DNA of 63,971 nt, filler included, from Folioceros fuciformis (lineage: Eukaryota), in the NCBI GenBank assembly GCA_049999805.1. It is 4 parts of 4 records of this genome, joined end to end, with 100 filler letters (N's around TTAATTAATTAA, not from the genome) between each part and the next. Parts side by side here need not be neighbours in the genome. Positions count along the whole stretch, not along the records: positions 1 to 28,547 come from JBNGIO010006284.1; 3 more parts are not named here. The stretch is one strand, 5' to 3'. The position numbers and the translations under genes were made by a program. This document shows positions 12,376 through 21,944 of this stretch, in pieces. How positions within the stretch are numbered: the stretch's first letter is position 1; each line of letters opens with the position of its first letter. Under the pieces are notes generated by a model. The model made no database searches and had not been told where the DNA came from. It saw only the letters and a list, made by a program, of their open reading frames with translations.

Positions 12376-15300
12376 ATGGGTGCCAGGGGAGTTAGAGGTG
12401 CTCTTCAGGCACACGTATGGCCTCAGTGCGTGTGGCTAAGGCCAGCTTGGGTGGATGCCCAGCTGGGTGCTGTGGATGTGCATTGTGCCCATGTGTGTAT
12501 GTCCAGCAGTTGGAGCTCACAGGATGACCTTAACCATGGCAGGCTTGCAGGTGCAGGATACGGACGTCGTGTTCTGACAGCGGAATGTGTGAGCAACCAC
12601 TGTGAGCAGGGCCAGCTCGGTGAGGCTGTGGAGGGGCTGGGAGTTCTGGTGCAGGCGGGATGTCGTGTTTCCAAGGCTCTGTTTTACTCGGTCCTGAGAA
12701 AATGTGTGGGTGAGAGGGATTTGGTTCTGGGTCGCCGAGTTCATGCTCTCAGCTTGAAGAATGAGTGCGGGTCCGACACGTTCTTGTGCAACCATGTTCT
12801 CCGGATGTATGCGTTTCATGACAGGTTGCAGGAAGCGATGGATGTGTTCACCGTGGTTGCTGAGCCGGATGCCTTTATGTGGTCTTCTATAATTTTGGCA
12901 CATGTGAAGCATGCAGAGTATACGCAGGCAGTTCGGCTGTACGACAAGATGCGCAGGTCAAGCGTGAAGCCGGATGGGCATGTGTTTGTTGCAGCTCTAC
13001 AGGCTTGTGCGAAGTCAGCGGACCTGACGAGTGGGAAACAGGTGCATGCCGATTTGTGGGCTAGTGGGCTTCTGCCTGATGTTTTTGTTTCCCATTCCTT
13101 GGTGGAAATGTATGCAAAGTGTGGCCGCGTGGAAGATGCTCGAAGAGTGTTCGACGGGGTTGCGGTAAAGGATGTGGTGGTATGGAATGCCATGATAGCA
13201 GGGTATGCCCAACGTGGCATGGGTGGCGAGGCCCTTCATCTTTACAGTGATATGCAGGAAGACGGCAATGCTGCACCTACTTCTGGGACGTTCGTGCACC
13301 TTCTGCAGGCATGTGCAAGTGTCGGTTCACCGGGTTTGGAGAAGGGCCAGCAACTCCACGCACAAATTTGTGAGCAGGGGCTCCAGGTGGATGCCGTCTT
13401 GGGTTGTAGCCTGGTAAACATGTATGCAAAGTGTGGCAGCCTGCAGGATGCCCACATTGTGTTTGATAGACTGGTTGAAAAAGATGTGGTGGCGTGGACT
13501 GCTCTCATAGCAGCATATTCTCAGCAGGGATCGGGTGAGGAAGCCCTCCACCTTTACAGTAGTATGCGAGAAGAAGGCATTAGTCCCCCTGATTCCGTGA
13601 CCTTTGTGTGCCTCCTGCAGGCATGTGGAAGTATGGGTCCCGCGGCTTTGAAGAGAGGGAAGCAGCTCCATGCACAGGTGAGAGAAGAAGGACTTGATGC
13701 TCATGTAGGTGTAGCTTGTAGCCTGGTGAACATGTATGCAAAGTGTGGCAGCCTGGAGGATGCCCAGCGCGTGTTTGATGGACTCGTCCACAAGAATGTG
13801 GCTACGTGGACGGCCATGATCTCAGGATATTCCCAGCAGGGCATGGGTCAGGAAGCCCTTCGCCTATACAGTGCCATGAGAGACGAAGGAATTGTGGCAC
13901 CCGATTTTATGACATTTGTGTGTCTCCTACAGGCTTGTGCCAGTGTGGGTGAGCCGGCTTTGGAGCAGGGGAAGCAGCTCCATGTACAAGTTAGAAAACA
14001 AGGACTTGAGGCTGATGTGGTTGTATGCTCTGGCCTGGTAAACATGTACGCAAAGTGTGGCACCTTGCAGGATGCCCAGTCTGTGTTGGATGAACTCTTT
14101 GTCTGCACTGGTATGCAAGAAGGCGGCATCGCTGCACCAATTTCTGTGATGTATGTATGTCTCTTGCAAGCATGTGCAAGTGTAGGCACCCTGGCTTTGG
14201 AGAAAGGGAAGCATCTTCATGCGCAGATCAGAGGGCAAGGACTTGAGGCCGATGGACCCATAGGTTGCAGCCTGGTAAACATGTATGCAAAGTGCGGCAG
14301 CCTGGAGGATGCCGAGAGTGTGTTTGGCACACTTTGCAAAAAGGACGTGACATCGTGGACGTCTCTTATAGCAGGATACTCGCAGCAGGGCATGGGTCAG
14401 GAAGCCCTTCGTCTCTATAGTGCCATGCAACTGGAAGGCATTGTCGCACCTGATGCTGTGACATTTGTGTGCCTCCTGCAGACATGTGCAAGTATAGGTA
14501 GTCTGGCTTTGGGAAAGGGTAAGCAGTTTCATGCACAGATTCGAGAGCGAGGGCTACAAACTCACGTAGTTGTAGCCAACAGCTTGGTGAGCATGTATGT
14601 CAAGTGTGGCAGCCTTGGGGACGCACAGCGCGTGTTTGATCGACTGGGTCAGAAAAATGTGGTCACGTGGACTGCTCTGATTGCTGGATATTCCCAGCAA
14701 GGCATGAGTCAGGAAGCCCTTAACCTTTTCAATGCCATGCGAGAACAAGGACTGACTCCACCAAATTCTGTGACGTACGTGTGCCTCCTGCAGGCATGTG
14801 CAAATGTGGCCGGCCTGCATCCAGGAAGGCAGCTTCATGCAGAGATCGAGGAACGAGGGCTGCAAACCGATTTGACTGTAGGGCACAGCTTGATAAACAT
14901 GTATGCAAAATCCGGGAGCATGATCGAAGCACAGCATGTGTTCGAGGCATTGCCCGAAAGAGGAGTTGTCGCCTGGAACACTCTCATCGCCGGATTCACC
15001 CGAGAAGGAGACAGTGAAGCTGTCTTCGACCTGGTTCACAAAATGAGAGAAGACGGCGTACAGCCAGATGACATCACGGCCCTCAGTGTCCTAACGGTGT
15101 GCAGTCATGTGGGCCTGGTGAGCAAGGGTCGAGAATACTTTGAGGCCATGAGCAGAAACTATGGGATCACTCCAACTGCAGAGCACTACACATGTATGGT
15201 CGACCTCCTCAGCCGCGCGGGCCAGCTTGACGAGGCACTGTCGCTAGCGAGGACAATGCCTGTGCTCCCCAATGCCGCAGTCTGGCACACTCTGTTGGCT

Positions 15301-15594
15301 GCGTGTCAAAAATGGAGGAACGTGGAAGTGGGACGCCGTGCTTTCCAGGAAGCAGTGAAACTAGACGACAAAGATGCTGCAGCATATGTTTTGATGTCAA
15401 ACATCTATGCCAACGCCCAGATGTGCGAGGACGCAGAGGAGATGCAGGAGAGGAGGAAAGGACTGGGTGCGTGGAAGCAGCCAGGCCAGAGCTGGTGGAC
15501 AGACTTGGACGGATCAGTGCACACTTTTGTGGTTGGGGATAGAAAGCATCCTGAGAGTGAAGAGATGTCTACGCAACACTGCAATACCTTGTGA
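12376..15594 (+). CDS. PLS-class pentatricopeptide repeat protein with E1/E2 and a truncated WW-type E+ region (no deaminase core)
   Basis: Single-exon ORF with repeated P-L-S triplets (VVTWTALIAGYSQQG / TFVCLLQACAS / SLVNMYAKCGSL), HYTCMVDLLSRAG and C-terminal KQPGQSWWTD...HTFVVGDRKHPE, then a stop. First in-frame ATG is at 12376. Confidence 0.92.
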   Translation: MGARGVRGALQAHVWPQCVWLRPAWVDAQLGAVDVHCAHVCMSSSWSSQDDLNHGRLAGAGYGRRVLTAECVSNHCEQGQLGEAVEGLGVLVQAGCRVSKALFYSVLRKCVGERDLVLGRRVHALSLKNECGSDTFLCNHVLRMYAFHDRLQEAMDVFTVVAEPDAFMWSSIILAHVKHAEYTQAVRLYDKMRRSSVKPDGHVFVAALQACAKSADLTSGKQVHADLWASGLLPDVFVSHSLVEMYAKCGRVEDARRVFDGVAVKDVVVWNAMIAGYAQRGMGGEALHLYSDMQEDGNAAPTSGTFVHLLQACASVGSPGLEKGQQLHAQICEQGLQVDAVLGCSLVNMYAKCGSLQDAHIVFDRLVEKDVVAWTALIAAYSQQGSGEEALHLYSSMREEGISPPDSVTFVCLLQACGSMGPAALKRGKQLHAQVREEGLDAHVGVACSLVNMYAKCGSLEDAQRVFDGLVHKNVATWTAMISGYSQQGMGQEALRLYSAMRDEGIVAPDFMTFVCLLQACASVGEPALEQGKQLHVQVRKQGLEADVVVCSGLVNMYAKCGTLQDAQSVLDELFVCTGMQEGGIAAPISVMYVCLLQACASVGTLALEKGKHLHAQIRGQGLEADGPIGCSLVNMYAKCGSLEDAESVFGTLCKKDVTSWTSLIAGYSQQGMGQEALRLYSAMQLEGIVAPDAVTFVCLLQTCASIGSLALGKGKQFHAQIRERGLQTHVVVANSLVSMYVKCGSLGDAQRVFDRLGQKNVVTWTALIAGYSQQGMSQEALNLFNAMREQGLTPPNSVTYVCLLQACANVAGLHPGRQLHAEIEERGLQTDLTVGHSLINMYAKSGSMIEAQHVFEALPERGVVAWNTLIAGFTREGDSEAVFDLVHKMREDGVQPDDITALSVLTVCSHVGLVSKGREYFEAMSRNYGITPTAEHYTCMVDLLSRAGQLDEALSLARTMPVLPNAAVWHTLLAACQKWRNVEVGRRAFQEAVKLDDKDAAAYVLMSNIYANAQMCEDAEEMQERRKGLGAWKQPGQSWWTDLDGSVHTFVVGDRKHPESEEMSTQHCNTL

Positions 15595-16454
15595 GTGATT
15601 CCTGTCTTCCGGAGCATCACAAAACGTAACATGACCTACCTACCATGAAACGCTTGTAACACTCTGATGGAGTGGCACTCTGCACAATCTGATGATAGTC
15701 TGCACTGATGGTTTCGCATCCACCATCAGAGAATTCCAATCCATCTAGCATCCATGAGAAGACCAATACACCACACATTCACCATTATGCTGAACATCCG
15801 TCCCTGCAACCTGTCGGAGGACAGCTCCACATTTCGCTTAGGAAACAAAATTTGCTGCCCCCTTCTCCTACTCGAGGAAGCTTCACTTCTCATTGCTATG
15901 AAAATCAAAAATCTATCCAATCAATCAATCTTTGGGTCCCTGAACCCTAAGCCCTAATCATTGCCATTGGTTGTCTTATCAGTCGATCCATAGGATTTTT
16001 GGTCAGATTAACTGTGTCCATTGAGAAAGATTGGCTGTTCACAGTAAGTAGTACAGGTGGAGCACGCAGGAGGTGCAAACAAGAGATGCCAAGATAGCAA
16101 ACACCCATCACTTGCAAAACATTACATCCACAAGTTTCCATTCCCGTACCAAGAATACCAATGTGAAAAATGTTAAGAGCCCTAGCAAGATTCCCACAAG
16201 GCAAATCCATGCATGGCAGGTTCCTCTCTAAAAAGATATCTAGCAAGTATAAAAAAGCCCATCCCTCGTATGGAAACCGCGTGGTTGTACGGAGTTATTG
16301 ATAAGGGCAACTTCTTAATCAGAACAATACCATATAAGTATATGGTTAGGTTAGCTTTCAAATATAGAATTTTGAAATACTACTAAGATTGATTGACAAA
16401 GCTAGACTAAGAGCTTAGGTCTATTTAAGCACTCACGCCTTGTGCTCTAAAGAG

Positions 16455-16637
16455 GCATATGTGCATAGCAGCCCATATTGCTTAACACTCACAAGCTTCA
16501 CCAAAAATAAGCCATCATATGTGCATAGCAGCCCATATTGCTTAACACTCACAAGCTTCACCACAAATAAGCCATCATATGTCCATAGCTGCCCATATTG
16601 CTTAACACTCACAAGCTTCACCACAAATAAGCCATCA
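16455..16637. repeat. Tandem repeat, 60-bp unit x3
   Basis: catatgtgcatagcagcccatattgcttaacactcacaagcttcacca(a/c)aaataagccat repeated three times. Confidence 0.9.
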
Positions 16638-16718
16638 ATTTCAATCCAAAATCTTGCAGCGATGGAAGAAAAGCAAGCACCAAGCCAAAACAAGATGGTG
16701 GGTAATCTTACTCTACGC

Positions 16719-16878
16719 TTTGTGTGGAGTCTAGTAGGGTTTAGGATATAGAGGGGTATAGGGTTTGTGTGGAGTTTACTAGGGTTTAGGATATAGAGGG
16801 GTATAGGGTTTGTGTGGAGTNNNNNNNNNNGTTTACTAGGGTTTAGGATATAGAGGGGTATAGGGTTTGTGTGGAGTC
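16719..16878. repeat. Tandem repeat, ~46-bp unit, spanning a 10-N gap
   Basis: tttgtgtggagt..tagggtttaggatatagaggggtataggg repeated about 3 times; copy number uncertain because of Ns at 16821-16830. Confidence 0.85.
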
Positions 16879-17351
16879 ATGTTCTATATTCTACATGATG
16901 GTTCTTTATTCTTGTATTTGTACATAACTATCTCCTTAATCTTTGCATAGGCAATGAAGGTCAACACTTTGCAAAAGAGCAACATTGCTCCACCCAAACA
17001 TGAGCAAGAGAAGGTTCCAACTTTGCTTGTTCGAAACCCAAATGGTGAGATGGTTGAACACAACAAGGAAGCTGTAATTGCCTTGTTTGATAGAATTGAA
17101 AAGAGTATGGTGAAGAGGGAGAAGATAGCACAAGAGGAACGAAGGAAGAAGATGATGAACGCCAATTGAGAGGAATTCTGGTAACATGGCCTCGGGTTTG
17201 ACATCTTTATCAAACAGTCAAGTGAAAAGATATAACACTTATCTTCATGATCAAAGATAGTGGGTTTTTATCTTTTTTTGGCTTCAATGTCTTTAGCAAA
17301 GCAATTAATTACTTGATAGGTAACAATGGGGGGTTAGTCTAGTTGCTGCCC

Positions 17352-17585
17352 TTTTTAGGGTTGTTCCTTATGTTGTGGGAAGCCCTCTTTAGGGTTGTTC
17401 CTTATGCTGTGGGAGGTCCTTTTTAGGTTGTTCCTTAGGTTGTGGGAAGCCCTCTTTAGGATTGTTCCTTATGTCGTGGGAAGTCCTTTTTAGGGTTGTT
17501 CGTTAGGTTGTGCGAAGCCCTTTTTAGGGTTGTTCCTCATGTCGTGGGAAGTTCCTTTTAGGGTTTTTTTTTATGTAGTGGGAAG
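17352..17585. repeat. Tandem repeat, ~32-bp unit x~7
   Basis: Degenerate copies of tttagggttgttccttatg(t/c)(t/c)gtgggaag(c/t)cc. Confidence 0.85.
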
Positions 17586-18463
17586 ACATCTTGTCTTCAT
17601 ATATATATAAAGTTTTCATAAATATTTAAAATCTTGTAATATTATTATTTTATTAAAAAATATATTTTAAGTATTATGGAGAAGAGATTGATTAATAATG
17701 AGTTTTGAAGTTAGTGCAAACCTAAAGAGGTAGAAAATAATGGGTCTTTTTAACGAGTGAGTGACGGTGGCTGCAGGAAAGGAAGGATGAATTTTTTTAT
17801 ATTGGAATATGTGTATATGTGTATAACGCTTTTTGTCGTGGTATATGTTGTGTAATTTTTGTTCTGCGGTAAGCTGATAGTCAGGTTGCCGAGGAATTGA
17901 TCGACGAGACCGGGAATGTTTAATAAAGTGTGGTGGCAGCGTCCTTCGATCCACGATTGGAAGTATCAGCGTGGAAGAAACGCGTGCGACACGGTGGGAA
18001 GGCTGCCGGATGTCCATGGCTCTGGTATTGAGTCTGGGCCTGCGCTCAAGGGTTTGACAACGCTTCTTGTAGGGTTTGAAGAGCTCGAGGAGGAGCTTCA
18101 ACAAGATCGAAGAGCTCACGGATTGCGTGTCTGGGAGTGATGCTTGGTGATTGTTCTCGTTTGCCCTGGATTGTGGAGACGGGGGATCCAAGGTGCACGA
18201 TGGCTTGAGGTTTGAGCCGTGACGTCGGAGTGATTTGACGCTCTGGTAGTTGCGGATGTCGCGCGAGTCGCCGAGAGTCAGTGTTGGCGGTTTGGGAGGG
18301 AAGAGAGGTGATAGTTCTTAGGGTGGTGTGGTCGAGGTGTTGGTTCCGTTGTTTTGAGTTGGAGGAAGTGCAGGGTTTGTATTGGCCTTGATTTTGGAAA
18401 GATTGCCGCTGTGGCTTCTGGTTTGGTTGCTGGAGAGCGTTGGGAGGTTGAGGGTTAGAAATC

Positions 18464-19420
18464 ATGTCGACGCTAGCGGCAGCCCGTGCGGATAATTTCT
18501 ACTATCCGCCGGAATGGACTCCGGATCAGGGTGGCCTGAACAAGTTTCATGGCCAACATGCGTTGCGGGAGCGAGCCAAGAAGATCGATCAAGGGATTCT
18601 GGTGATCCGGTTCGAGATGCCATTTAACATATGGTGTGGAGGATGCAATGGTATGATAGCCAAGGGTGTGCGCTTCAACGCGGAGAAGAAGCAGGTTGGG
18701 AGCTATTACAGTACCAAGATATGGAGCTTCAAGATGAAGACTGCCTGTTGCAGGCATGAGATCGAGATTCATACCGATCCTAAGAACTGCGAATATGTTA
18801 TTGTTGCCGGGGCTGAGCGGAAGACTGAGGTGTACGACGAGGCCGATGCAGGGACGGTGCTCCTCCCCGGTGAGGAAGATAAAGCCAATTTGGCTGATCC
18901 GTTCTACAGGCTGGAGCACGTGGGAGAGGATGTGGCAAAGGGAAAGCAAGCAGAGCCTCTGCTGATTCGATTGCAACGGTCTGCGGATAACAGGCATGCC
19001 GACTACTACTCCATGAACAAGGCTCTTCGTGCAAAGCTGAGAGATCAGAAGAAGAGGGTTGCTGCGGAGGAAGCAGAGGCAAGGAGGAAAGGTTTGAGCA
19101 TTCGATTGCTTCCCAGCTCAGAGGAAGATGCACAAACAGCTGCAAGGGTGAATTTCGCCCGTAAGTTTGAGTCCAACAGGAAGAACAAGCGGGCAGCCAT
19201 TCTGGCATCGTCTATTTTCTCGGATCCGACTGCTGCTCTAAAGAAACATGCTACTGGGGCGATGGTAGACAGGAAGATGGAGCTGTTTGCAAAGAGGAGG
19301 AGGATAAACCAAACTGGTATTCACGACTCCATAACCGGCAGATTTAAGCCTTCGTCCAAGACTGGTCTGCCCAAAGCTACTATCGTAAAGCAATCTGTGA
19401 CTTTGAGGCCTATTTCATGA
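18464..19420 (+). CDS. CCDC130/YJU2B-like splicing factor (CWC16 family), single exon
   Basis: MSTLAAARADNFYYPPEW, IRFEMPFNIWCGGC...KGVRFNAEKKQVG and IHTDPKNCEY in a 318-aa uninterrupted ORF. Confidence 0.92.
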   Translation: MSTLAAARADNFYYPPEWTPDQGGLNKFHGQHALRERAKKIDQGILVIRFEMPFNIWCGGCNGMIAKGVRFNAEKKQVGSYYSTKIWSFKMKTACCRHEIEIHTDPKNCEYVIVAGAERKTEVYDEADAGTVLLPGEEDKANLADPFYRLEHVGEDVAKGKQAEPLLIRLQRSADNRHADYYSMNKALRAKLRDQKKRVAAEEAEARRKGLSIRLLPSSEEDAQTAARVNFARKFESNRKNKRAAILASSIFSDPTAALKKHATGAMVDRKMELFAKRRRINQTGIHDSITGRFKPSSKTGLPKATIVKQSVTLRPIS

Positions 19421-19730
19421 AGTTGATTATGGTCTGGAGCGAGTGTAGATAAACTCTTTGTACGAAGCCAGGGATACGGAGTTATCCCCAGTAATACATT
19501 GAAATGTAGGTGAACCCTAGGGAAACAGAAACATCAGCAAAAAAATTCAGTATCCCAAATTTTATATTACATCCCACATTCTCGATTTAGGCCACCGCTT
19601 CCTTGTCACTCACATAATCCGCCTCTATCATGGTACCAACTTCAACATCTCCTTTTCCCATAGGAAGACCATGCCGGCATGGCAGGAAGGCAGAGCTGGT
19701 GGACACCCTTGGCCACACTAAGCCGCATAC

Positions 19731-20304
19731 CTACGAGGCAGTGTTGACCCGCTCGCATTCATCGATCCATTCGCTATACCTGAACACAGAAGGAAAACCC
19801 CAGCAGCAGGCCATGAGCCACTCGTCGCCTCAAATTTTGAAAGGAAGCAACCACTCCGCAACCCCACCAATTCTGCAGAGGACACTTACACATCGATAGG
19901 AGCGCTCAAAGCTGCACAACAAGGACGAATTCGAGTCAGCAAACCCTACCACAAATCGTCCACTCGCAAGCTCAGAAACAACACAGCACACACACACAAA
20001 CTACACCTAAATCACGCCAAAGAGGCCATCCCGTACCATCGATGTTGGTGCTGTAGCTCTCCTGACAAATTCGGCAAACCGCCTCTCCGATCTGATTTTT
20101 CCGGTCCCTGCCAAACCGAACCAACGTCAGCACCAATCTCAAACCACCTGGACGGTCCTGGACTCCGTACTCGCAACTCCCCAGCACTCACATCTTGCAC
20201 TCAACACTGCCGTCGTGATTGCAGAAGGGGCACGCAAACACGGTATCCAACTTGTCCATACGCTTCTTGGGAGCAGGCTTGGCAGCGCTCTTCCGCTTCC
20301 CCAT
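19731..20304 (-). CDS. ELF1: Transcription elongation factor 1 homolog (zinc ribbon), 4 exons
   Basis: Spliced peptide [37 protein letters not shown]...[18 protein letters not shown]...ALSAPID...[12 protein letters not shown]. Confidence 0.92.
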
Positions 20305-21944
20305 CCTGCCTGCACCAACTTCTCCTCACACAGCACGGCACCAATTCACGCCGATATCTGCCGCTTGCAACCCTGCTGAACCAACAATCCCGAGCTCCAA
20401 ATCCGGCTTCCTCCGTCCTGCCCAGCCAGGCTTCTCCACGGCACTGCTAAATACTACGCGCAGAGTCCGATTAGGGTTTGAACGGCGTGCCGACTCCTCG
20501 ATTCCGGAAGCGGACTTTATTCAGACTCGACCCCGGAAGATGAACTCTTGAATAAACAGGAATTTCAGCCTTCAGCCCAGGCCGATGAGTGAACTTCTGC
20601 CAGACCTCCCGTTGTGGCGTCCTCGAACTGCATCCTGTGTATATATAGATCCACGCCATGAGAGCCCCATTCCATTTCTCTGTCTTTTAAAGGAAAATAA
20701 ATCATTTTTATTTTCGTTTAACTTTATATCTCAATTTTTAGGGTAGTTTTGTTGCATTTATGGTTGTTTGTTTTACTCATTCTTGAGGTAGATCTTGAGC
20801 CCAGTCTGGTGGCAGTGACCAGACACCCGATGTGGCCTTCCCCTGGCTGGAGAGAGAGAGCCGGGTGCGGTGCATGTCGTCAGCGGCGAGACCGGTAGGC
20901 CAGTGGCAGTGGTCTGCAGCCCACAAGCACCACGTGGCACGAAGCAGGTATAGCCGTTTGTGGCGTAACATGGAAAGCGGCGAAACGTGGGATTCGCCGG
21001 CCCCGCTCTCAGCTGTCGGTCTGTCTGTGCGCCTGTGCGCTTTCTGCTCGGCCGATCTGCCCAATTCGCTGGTGGAGATCGGTACCACCGTGACATGCGA
21101 GCTCCGTGCTGCGGGACTGGTGGAATCGTGGGCGGCTGCCCTGCCAGGACTGGCCTGATCTTGATCTCTTTTCTTAGATCGCGGGAGCAAGTGCAGTCCT
21201 GGGAGATTTCGGTGCCGGGACATTTCTGCACGATTCCGAGGCTCCTGGCTTTCTGTCTGTGCAGCCATCGGTGGCGGTGGTGGTCTTCCAGTTTGGCGAA
21301 TTGGTGGTACCTGGCGACGTAGATGGTGTAGGATCCTGCTTGGAGCGTGAAGATGGACATTTTGTCCTAGGTTTCGGCTCGGTGCGGGATCTGCTATCGT
21401 TCTTGGGGGATGCTCAAGTTTCTTGGAGATCTTGAATCATGGATAGTTCTTGATTTGAGCATTCTGCTGTGAACTCAGTTGGATGGATAAATTTAGCCAC
21501 TGTGCCGGCCTGGATTTTGTGTTCGGGATTTCACAGTAGATATGTGCCAGGCGTTCGAATCCAGTACTGTGGCGACGCAGCTGGATGTTTCGGTGCCTCA
21601 CTGAAGTCTTCAACGGCGATCCTGAGATTTCGGGGGTGCTGGAAAGGAACTTTTCGTCAATGGCTGGTGTGAAGAATGATATTTGCAGAAATGTGTTAAG
21701 GCTGTGGTTGACGACGCACTTTGTGGTCGGGTTTTGAGGGACTGTTTTTATCACGGTATGAAGGCACATTTTCAGACTCTGATTATGTTAGCTTCCTTGA
21801 AAGCTGAATTTCTTGCCGCTACTTTGAGGGGCGCAGAGCTGGTTTTTCGGGGAAGTTCTTCAGGTGTAGGACAGGATGTAACTGGAGGGATACTTCTGAG
21901 TTTTCGAGATCAAAAATTTGACTGGTGTTGGTGTGTGTTTGCAG

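Noticed and set aside
5353-15594. Possible terpenoid biosynthetic gene cluster
   Set aside because: No P450, class I TPS or other tailoring enzyme lies near the CPS; the adjacent Rossmann protein belongs to a conserved plastid family.
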